The translations under genes were made by a program, and so were the position numbers. Positions 57,357-64,000 of a stretch of 64,000 bases of DNA are shown here, piece by piece (within the stretch, counting starts at the first letter, position 1; every line of letters starts with the position of its first letter). The notes under the pieces are model-generated. The model had not been told where the DNA came from. It was given only the letters and a program-made list of their open reading frames with translations, and made no database searches. The stretch comes from Lentisphaerota bacterium (lineage in GTDB: Bacteria; Verrucomicrobiota; Kiritimatiellia; CAIQIC01; JAGNIJ01). Where the stretch lies: positions 58,695 to 122,694 of the forward strand of contig JBPOJF010000003.1 of the NCBI GenBank assembly GCA_052033915.1, written 5' to 3'.

Positions 57357-57905
57357 ATGGCGACCATCGGACAGGTTTTGAAAGCAGCTCGCGAACAGAA
57401 GGGCGTGACGGCCTCCCAGGCCGCCGCCGCGACCCATATGAAAGTCCAGGTCGTGGAGGCGCTCGAGCGAGACGACTACAGCCGGATTGCCGCGCCCATG
57501 TACGTGAGGGGATTCCTCAAGCTGTACGGAGAGTACCTGGGCCTCGACCCGGCGCCGCTGATCCGGGAATACATGGAACTGCACTCGCCGAAGGATCGGC
57601 CGCCGCTCGTTTCGCAGGAAGCCCCGCCGTCGGATTCGGCCACCGAGCGCAAAAAGATCGAAATCGACGGGTCCAGGCTCAAGGCGTTTTTCGACAAGGT
57701 GAAGAAGCCGGTCGCCGTCGGCCTCGGCGTGATCGTGCTGGTCGTTGCGGCGGTGAACGGAATCACCCGCTGCAGCCGCCGGATTACCGAACCCCGGCAG
57801 GCGGCTGCGCCGGCGGCGTCGGAGAAAAAGACGCCGCTGCCCGTTCTTCGCGAGCCTCCTGATCCGTATATCGAGATTCCCACCCCAGGCCGGCCAAATC
57901 CGTGA
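57357..57905 (+). CDS. RodZ-like HTH protein (N-terminal XRE-type HTH, single TM, periplasmic C-terminus)
   Basis: MATIGQVLKAAREQKGVTASQAAAATHMKVQVVEALERDDYSRIAAPMYVRGFLKLYGEYLGLD then TM VAVGLGVIVLVVAAV. Confidence 0.6.
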   Translation: MATIGQVLKAAREQKGVTASQAAAATHMKVQVVEALERDDYSRIAAPMYVRGFLKLYGEYLGLDPAPLIREYMELHSPKDRPPLVSQEAPPSDSATERKKIEIDGSRLKAFFDKVKKPVAVGLGVIVLVVAAVNGITRCSRRITEPRQAAAPAASEKKTPLPVLREPPDPYIEIPTPGRPNP

Positions 57906-58489
57906 ATGTCCCTAATACATTGACTCTCAGCCGGCTTGTCCTGGCAGTCATAATGATGGTTTTTCTCTCGGTGGACCTCCCGTTCGCGAGCACCCTCGCT
58001 CTGCTGGTGTTCGTGGTTGCGGGAATCACGGACTACCTGGATGGCTACCTGGCGCGCAACAGGTACGGCGTGACCTCGTTCGGCAGCCTCATGGATCCGG
58101 TCACGGACAAGGTGCTCGTCTGCGCGGCGTTTGTCAGCTTCGTGGAGGTCGGAATCGTCCCCGCGTGGATCGTCGTCATCATCATCTCCCGGGAGTTCCT
58201 GGTGACGGGCCTGCGCCTTCTCGCGGCGAACAAGGGCCTGATGCTCGCGGCCGGAAGATGGGGGAAACACAAAACGATCTGGCAGATCATCGCCATCTCG
58301 GCCCTCCTCCTCGGTCTGGCCATCCGCAACGACCTGCTGCGGAACTCCGACGCCAAGTTGTTGCAGGACTACGACTTCTGCTTCGGAGTGATCGCGCTGG
58401 CCACGGCCTTCGGGGTGGCCCTCATCACGATGGCCTCCGGCATTCTTTATTTCATGGAACATCGCAGTGTCATTTCAGGCCGCGGATGA
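57902..58489 (+). CDS. pgsA: CDP-diacylglycerol--glycerol-3-phosphate 3-phosphatidyltransferase
   Basis: PNTLTLSRL..., DYLDGYLAR..., G..MDPVTDK CDP-alcohol phosphatidyltransferase motifs; GTG start overlapping upstream stop (GTGA). Confidence 0.9.
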   Translation: MNVPNTLTLSRLVLAVIMMVFLSVDLPFASTLALLVFVVAGITDYLDGYLARNRYGVTSFGSLMDPVTDKVLVCAAFVSFVEVGIVPAWIVVIIISREFLVTGLRLLAANKGLMLAAGRWGKHKTIWQIIAISALLLGLAIRNDLLRNSDAKLLQDYDFCFGVIALATAFGVALITMASGILYFMEHRSVISGRG

Positions 58490-58514
58490 CCGCCGGCGCA
58501 CAGGAATCCCCCGT

Positions 58515-59072
58515 ATGAATCCACAGGAATGGAATATCAAGGCGCGCAGCGACAGTTGCCAGGCGTGCAACAAAGCCTTCGCGGATGACGAAGTCTTCTT
58601 TTCGCGGCTGGACTTCGGCGAAGAGGGGTACGGGCGGCGGGATTACTGCGCCGTGTGCTGGAACGCCGCGGCCAGGAAGAACGCCCTCAGCGTCTGGAAA
58701 AGCGTGTACAAACTGCCGCCCCCGCCGGCGCCCGAGCCGTTAAAGAAAGAGACGGCGGAGTCGCTGCTGCGCGAACTCATGGAGACCGAGGATTCGGCGA
58801 ATCGGAACACGATCTACATTCTCGCCGTCATGCTGGAACGCCGCCGCATCCTGATCGAACGCGACGTGCAGACGCGCGAAGACGGGGTGAAAGTCCGCGT
58901 GTACGAGCATCGGAAGACGGGCGAGACGTTTCTCGTTCCCGACCCGGGCCTCAAGTTATCGGAGCTGAAATCCGTCCAGGAAGAAGTCGTCGCTCGGCTC
59001 GGCGGCCGGGCGCCGGGGCAGGCTGAAGAGGCGGCGGGTTCCGCCACGGCTGCGGAAAACGTCGAATGCTGA
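58515..59072 (+). CDS. Hypothetical protein with N-terminal CxxC...CxxC zinc ribbon
   Basis: ATG 58515; CQACNKAF...CAVCW; proline-rich linker PPPPAPEP; no other recognisable motif. Confidence 0.45.
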   Translation: MNPQEWNIKARSDSCQACNKAFADDEVFFSRLDFGEEGYGRRDYCAVCWNAAARKNALSVWKSVYKLPPPPAPEPLKKETAESLLRELMETEDSANRNTIYILAVMLERRRILIERDVQTREDGVKVRVYEHRKTGETFLVPDPGLKLSELKSVQEEVVARLGGRAPGQAEEAAGSATAAENVEC

Positions 59073-59159
59073 ACGTCCAATCTTGAAGTGAGATAGGTAA
59101 GAGCCCGGTACCTTTAGAGTTCAGCGTTGGGTGTTCGATCGAGGAACGGAGAATCCTTC

Positions 59160-60722
59160 ATGTTCGACCTCAAGATCACAGGCGGTCAACTGTTTGACGG
59201 AACCGGCAGGCCGGCGGTCCGCGCCGATGTGGGGATCATGGGCGACCGGATCGCGGACATCGGCGACCTCTCGGGTGCGGAGGCAAAAAGCTCCGTCGAT
59301 GCGGCGGGCAGGACCCTCTGTCCCGGATTCATTGATGTCCATTCCCATTCCGACGCGTACCTGCTGATCGAGCCTTCCGCGCCGAGCAAGATCCATCAGG
59401 GCGTGACGACCGAAGTGTGCGGAAACTGCGGCGCCTCAGCCGCCCCGCGCGTCGGGCGTTACCCGATGCCCTCGGACTGGCGGGACAAGAAGTACCCTGG
59501 TCCGTGGACGACGGTTTCCGAGTATCGCGCGCTGCTCGAGCAGGTGAAGCCGGCGGTCAACGTGGTCCTGTTGATTGGTCATAACGCCATTCGCGCGGGG
59601 GTGCTTGGGTACGAAGGGCGGTCGGCGACGGACTCGGAGTTCAGGGCCATGGCGGACCTGCTGGCCCGGTCCCTCGACGAGGGCGGGGCGGGGTTGAGCA
59701 CGGGATTGATCTACTCGCCCGGGATGTTCGCGCCGCCGGAGGAGATCATCGGTCTCGCGCGGGTTCTCGCACAACGCGGCAAGATTTACACCTCCCACAT
59801 GCGCAGCGAGGGGGCGAGGCTGCTGGAGGCCATTGACGAAACGCTCCACATCGGCCGGCAAACCGGTGTGCGGGTTCAAATTTCCCACCTCAAGACATCA
59901 GGCCGGAAAAACTGGCCTCTGCTCGACGCCGCGCTGGACAAGATCCGCAGGGCGAGGAATGAGGGTATCGAGGCGGCTTCCGACCGCTATCCCTACACGG
60001 CCGCCTGCACCGACCTCGATGTCATACTGCCCGATTGGGCTTCGGAAGGCGGCCGTGAAGTCGTTCTGAAGCGATTGCGCGACCCGCAGACCCGGAAACG
60101 AATTCGGGACGAACTGGCCGCCTCGCGCGACGCGCAGTACTGGGAGAGCGTCACCATCGGTACGACTCATCATCCGGCGAACCGGTCGTTCCAGGGCCTG
60201 CCGTCGGTCCATGTGGCGAAACAACTCTCCCTGGAGCCCGTGGATGCCGTTCTGCATCTCATGGATTCGGACGAACTTCATACCGGCGGAATCTTCTTTG
60301 GGATGAGCGAGGACAACCTGTGGCGGATTCTGCGGGAGCCGTACGTCATGCTCGGATCGGATGCCTCGATCCGTTCGCCGGACGGGCCGTTGAGCCAGGA
60401 TCATCCGCATCCGCGCGCCTACGGCAGCTTCCCTCGGTTTCTGCGCGCCGCGCTCGACGGGAAGACCGTGGCTCTTCCCGAGGCGATTCGCAAGATGACG
60501 TCCCTTCCGGCGTCGCAATTCGGCTTAAAGGACCGGGGCGTCCTCGCCGTGGGGAAAAAGGCCGATATCGTGGTGTTTGATCCGGCGGAAGTGCGCGATA
60601 CGGCCTCCTTTGAGAAGCCCCACCAGCTCGCGAAAGGCATCGACCTCGTTGTGGTGAACGGCATTGTCACAATACAGGACGGCCGGATGACGGGGAAGAG
60701 GGCGGGGGCGTTCCTGGATTGA
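59160..60722 (+). CDS. N-acyl-D-amino-acid deacylase (D-aminoacylase) family amidohydrolase
   Basis: GFIDVHSHSD metal-binding motif, ...GGAGLSTGLIYSPG..., YTSHMRSEG..., SHLK..., ...VMLGSDAS... characteristic of D-aminoacylases. Confidence 0.85.
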   Translation: MFDLKITGGQLFDGTGRPAVRADVGIMGDRIADIGDLSGAEAKSSVDAAGRTLCPGFIDVHSHSDAYLLIEPSAPSKIHQGVTTEVCGNCGASAAPRVGRYPMPSDWRDKKYPGPWTTVSEYRALLEQVKPAVNVVLLIGHNAIRAGVLGYEGRSATDSEFRAMADLLARSLDEGGAGLSTGLIYSPGMFAPPEEIIGLARVLAQRGKIYTSHMRSEGARLLEAIDETLHIGRQTGVRVQISHLKTSGRKNWPLLDAALDKIRRARNEGIEAASDRYPYTAACTDLDVILPDWASEGGREVVLKRLRDPQTRKRIRDELAASRDAQYWESVTIGTTHHPANRSFQGLPSVHVAKQLSLEPVDAVLHLMDSDELHTGGIFFGMSEDNLWRILREPYVMLGSDASIRSPDGPLSQDHPHPRAYGSFPRFLRAALDGKTVALPEAIRKMTSLPASQFGLKDRGVLAVGKKADIVVFDPAEVRDTASFEKPHQLAKGIDLVVVNGIVTIQDGRMTGKRAGAFLD

Positions 60723-60791
60723 ACGCCGCACGCGGATGCCCGCTCCCTGCCCGACGCGCGGCTCGGGGGATGCGCCTTCGTCTCTATCGAT

Positions 60792-61712
60792 TTACGGATT
60801 GATACGGATCAGGCTGGCCTGGCCGGTCACGGAAGACTCTTCCGTCTCAAAGACGCCGGTGATTTGATTCCCGACGTGCGTCCCCATCACATGAATCATG
60901 TCAAACGGATCCGCGTTGTCCGGGTTAACGCCTTTCGTGTAGAAGAACCCGCTGGCGGGGCCCTCGTTCAGCGAGAAGAGCCGGCCGATATTGTTGCTGC
61001 CGAAACCGATAATGTTCGTGGCCAGGCCGCGCGAATCGACCTCCAGCCGGATTGGGCGATGGATTGTGGCGCCGGGAAACGTATGTGTCAGGACGCCCGT
61101 CCAGACACCCATGCAGCGTGAATCATCCTCCACGCGGCGGATGACGGCGCCTGCATAAGGGGCGCCCAGCAGGATCAGGTTACGGTCCGAGAACCCGCCG
61201 CGCAGATGGACCTGCTCGTCGTTGGTGATGAAGGTGAGATCGACCATGCCCGTCGCCCCGACGGTAAAGTATCCCGAAGGAGCCCTGGGGATGAACAGCG
61301 CGCTTTCGCTGATGATCCCGTCCTCCAGGGCGACGAAGTGAGTATTTCCGTGGGTCTCGTCGATGATTATCCATGCGTCGCGCATGTCGGCCGGTGTGAA
61401 GGATTGACGGACCCGGTAGAACATCGGCACAGATACCGTGGTCGCGGCGCCTGTGGTCACGATGCTGTCCAGACTGTGCCAGTCGTTTGACCAGGGACCG
61501 GAGAGATTGGGCGCCCACTGCACGGCGAATCCATGTACGCCGGGCGTGTTCGTCCAAGACAGCCAGCCGTTGCCGGATAAGGATACGATCACGGGCGGAT
61601 TTTCGGCGGGGGCCGGCAAGGTCATCGAGCCGACGAGCCATAGAAAAGCCGCGGCAACGATCCCATACCGGAATATGCGCGCCCGGCTCCAAGCAGAGAA
61701 GTGGGAAGACAT
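60792..61712 (-). CDS. Secreted hypothetical protein
   Basis: Strong RBS GAAGGAG before ATG 61712; signal anchor IFRYGIVAAAFLWLVGSMTLPAPA; no recognisable catalytic motif. Confidence 0.55.
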   Translation of the reverse strand: MSSHFSAWSRARIFRYGIVAAAFLWLVGSMTLPAPAENPPVIVSLSGNGWLSWTNTPGVHGFAVQWAPNLSGPWSNDWHSLDSIVTTGAATTVSVPMFYRVRQSFTPADMRDAWIIIDETHGNTHFVALEDGIISESALFIPRAPSGYFTVGATGMVDLTFITNDEQVHLRGGFSDRNLILLGAPYAGAVIRRVEDDSRCMGVWTGVLTHTFPGATIHRPIRLEVDSRGLATNIIGFGSNNIGRLFSLNEGPASGFFYTKGVNPDNADPFDMIHVMGTHVGNQITGVFETEESSVTGQASLIRINP

Positions 61713-61886
61713 TTGCGTCTCCTTCCTACTACTATTTTCGCTACTTCTAGACGCCGCCGGGGTTGTTGTCAAAAACTTTGTATCAGGAAGTGATCGGGGG
61801 AGGGCAAAACACCCGAATTCAGCCCTTAAAACGATCATTATTGCGGAGGGGATACTTATGGCCCTGGAATTGATAACGTTTTAGCC

Positions 61887-61990
61887 ATGACCGTACACAC
61901 CGGCGCGACGTCACAAACCTACTTTTATGTCAAGGATCGGCTCGGTTCTGTCCACGCCCTCGTCAACTCCTCGAGGGGGAGGGGGCCAGT
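61887..61990 (+). pseudogene. Fragment resembling the RHS-repeat-associated core motif (orphan remnant)
   Basis: TGATSQTYFYVKDRLGSVHALVNSS matches the YxYxxDHLGS-type Rhs core motif; lies in an AT-rich patch next to tRNA-Phe with no upstream YD-repeat body. Confidence 0.35.
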
Positions 61991-62117
61991 AGTGTTGGGG
62001 CATGATCTTTGCGGATGGACGTTGCGGGAGTTGGGCGAGAAAGCGGGAGGGATGGATGAGCATGGCGGGCAAGTTCGAGAGAGGGCTCAAGGAGGACGGA
62101 GCAAGGAGGCTGACGAA

Positions 62118-62193
<76 letters not shown>

Positions 62194-62417
62194 ACGCAAG
62201 GGGCTGATACTACTGACAAACGGCTCGATGTCAACGCGAAGAAAAATAGTTCAAAAAAATTTAACACAAAGAATGACCGGGGTATATTTACTTGTAGCTC
62301 TGCGGATTGGTCAGCCTTGAGGATCAAATATACCGAGAAAGAGCTAGGCTTGTTGAGGATAGCCTTTTAAGGTTCTGACCAGCACGCAGAGCCTTCTCTA
62401 TTGTCCCGCCTTGACCC

Positions 62418-62876
62418 TTATGTTCCGGCCGGCCCTGAAAGGGCGTCAAGCACTTCATCCGGGCTGGTCGCGCTGAGAATGCGGTCGCGCACGGCGCTGT
62501 CGTTGAGTTGGCGGCTGATCTCGGCGAGGAATTGGATGTGCGGTCCGGTGCGCGTGTCGGGCGAGAGCGTCATCACGAAGATCCTCGAGGGCAGGCCGTC
62601 CAGAGACCCGAAATCCGTGCCGTCTTTCTTGACCGCGATCGCCGCCACGAGGGAGTCCACCTTGTCGGTCTTTCCGTGCGGAATGGCGATGCCGTTCTGC
62701 ATGCCGGTGGACATCTTGCGCTCCCGGTCGATGACGGCTTTCAGGGCGTCTTTCTTCTCCCTGATCTTTCCGGATGCCATCAGAAAATCGATCATCTCCT
62801 CGATGATCGCTTCCTTCGCGTTGCTCTTCAGATCCAGCAGAACCGCGTCTTTCGACAATGTCTTTCTGAGGTTCAT
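62418..62876 (-). CDS. ptsN: Standalone PTS EIIA type-2 protein (PtsN/EIIA-Ntr-like)
   Basis: NGIAIPHGK phospho-histidine motif; ~150 aa; ATG at 62876. Confidence 0.85.
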   Translation of the reverse strand: MNLRKTLSKDAVLLDLKSNAKEAIIEEMIDFLMASGKIREKKDALKAVIDRERKMSTGMQNGIAIPHGKTDKVDSLVAAIAVKKDGTDFGSLDGLPSRIFVMTLSPDTRTGPHIQFLAEISRQLNDSAVRDRILSATSPDEVLDALSGPAGT

Positions 62877-63180
62877 TCTTCCGGCCTTTTTTGAGACTGC
62901 CGAGCAGGCTCTTAAAGAGCGGCATAATGCCGTTAATCCGAGAACCCGGTCAATACAATTGCGCGCGGATGTGCATGACGGCGGGGCGTCGGAAGATCGT
63001 ACAACGATCCCGGACTCAAGGATTTTCAGGGAGATCGAGATTCTGCGCATTGCACATTCTCGCGCCGGATGCTATAAAAATCGTTGCAGCTTTACCAAGG
63101 ATCGGCATGGCGGAGGGCTCGATAGGGTTCCGAATGTAACCGATGAAATTCCGGTCGCTGCCCGGAACAAGAAAGGACCG

Positions 63181-64000
63181 ATGCATAAGATCATCAAACA
63201 CCTCATTCAACTTCAGGAACTCATGGTCGCCAGGGCGCAACAGGAGGCTTCCATGCCCGGCGCGCGGTTGTCCCAGTTGGATGCTTCCATCCAGACGCTG
63301 TTCAGCGAGTTGCCTCCGGACGTGGCGGAACATTTCCGGAAGATCGAGAAGAAGGGCATGCTGGCGATGGTCCCCATTTCAAACGGCTTCTGCTCGGCCT
63401 GCGGGATGTCTCTGCCGGTGAGCCTGGTTCATGAAGTCCATGCGGCGAAGAAGCTGTATTTCTGCCCCGCCTGCACGCGCATGTTGTACTATCCCGAAGC
63501 GCCGACGCGGAACATCGGCAAGCGGAAGCGCCGGAGCGAGCCGCCCAAGATCGGCATCGAGCGGTTTTCGTCGCCCGAACTGATGATCCCCGATCTGAAG
63601 TCGACGGAGCGTGACGATGCGCTTGCGGAGTTGTGCGCGAAGATGGAGGCGGAGGGGTTTGTGGACAATGCGGCGAAACTTCTCGAGGAGGCCTTGAAGC
63701 GCGAGGCGATCATCAGCACCGCGGTGGATCACGGGCTTGCGTTCCCGCACGTGCGCGGCGTCGAGGGCGGCGGCCTGACCATGGTGCTCGGGCTCAGCCG
63801 TAAGGGGGTCAAGTTCTCGCCCGGCTCGCGCGCGCTGACGCGCATCATCTTCTTCATGGTGATTCCGACGGCGGCCAGCGCGTTCTATCTGAAGCTGCTT
63901 TCGGGTTTGAACCAGGCGTTCCAGAAGGAAGAGGCGCGGGAAAAACTGTTCGAGGCCGAGACGCCGGAACAGTTGTGGAAGTTTCTCTTCAAGGCGACGA
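63181..64000 (+). CDS. N-terminal coiled-coil + C4 zinc-ribbon domain fused to a PTS EIIA type-2 domain (3' end beyond window)
   Basis: AAAGGA RBS; CSACGMSLP...CPACTRMLY zinc ribbon; HGLAFPHVRGVEGG phospho-histidine motif; no stop before the window end. Confidence 0.7.
   Translation, partial: MHKIIKHLIQLQELMVARAQQEASMPGARLSQLDASIQTLFSELPPDVAEHFRKIEKKGMLAMVPISNGFCSACGMSLPVSLVHEVHAAKKLYFCPACTRMLYYPEAPTRNIGKRKRRSEPPKIGIERFSSPELMIPDLKSTERDDALAELCAKMEAEGFVDNAAKLLEEALKREAIISTAVDHGLAFPHVRGVEGGGLTMVLGLSRKGVKFSPGSRALTRIIFFMVIPTAASAFYLKLLSGLNQAFQKEEAREKLFEAETPEQLWKFLFKAT

Overview
This is a high-GC (~60-65%) bacterial chromosomal segment. Gene content suggests the PVC superphylum (Verrucomicrobia- or Kiritimatiellae-like), based on PEP-CTERM proteins, DUF2723-type GT-C/TPR proteins and many PA-rich linkers; this placement is an inference. 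About 60 genes are supported. They include: two two-component systems (an NtrC-type sigma-54 regulator with a PAS kinase, and a LuxR-type regulator with a HisKA_3 kinase); mutS; a class II fumarase/aspartase; the conserved rpmH-rnpA-yidD-yidC-jag cluster; a glycerol-3-phosphate block (glpD, a glpT-like MFS transporter, gpsA, plsY, later pgsA); two ABC importers (a PotA/FbpB-type one and a btuFCD-like one); ftsK, a rodZ-like gene, def, parA, rmuC and uspA; a sulfotransferase; a D-aminoacylase; and tRNA-Phe(GAA). Hunt results, in order of interest: (1) an operon of a GT2 polyprenyl-phosphate sugar synthase, a UbiA-family phosphoribosyltransferase-like enzyme and two paralogous ~1000-aa GT-C membrane proteins with C-terminal TPR arrays (TMTC/TMEM260-like architecture); (2) three PTS EIIA-Ntr-type domains, one fused to a CNNM/CorC ion-transporter core and one to an N-terminal zinc ribbon, with no EIIB/EIIC in the window; (3) a PEP-CTERM mini-cluster with a duplicated secreted repeat protein, one copy 5'-truncated, next to a two-component system; (4) at least three families of short intergenic or gene-end repeats: TGGACTTTGGAC hairpin elements, GTCATTC heptamer arrays and TTTCCAAGG(N)TTGGAAA palindromes, which in several cases supply the last codons of genes; (5) an AT-rich patch around tRNA-Phe carrying an RHS-core fragment. 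All calls are from reading the sequence and ORF translations; no database search was run.
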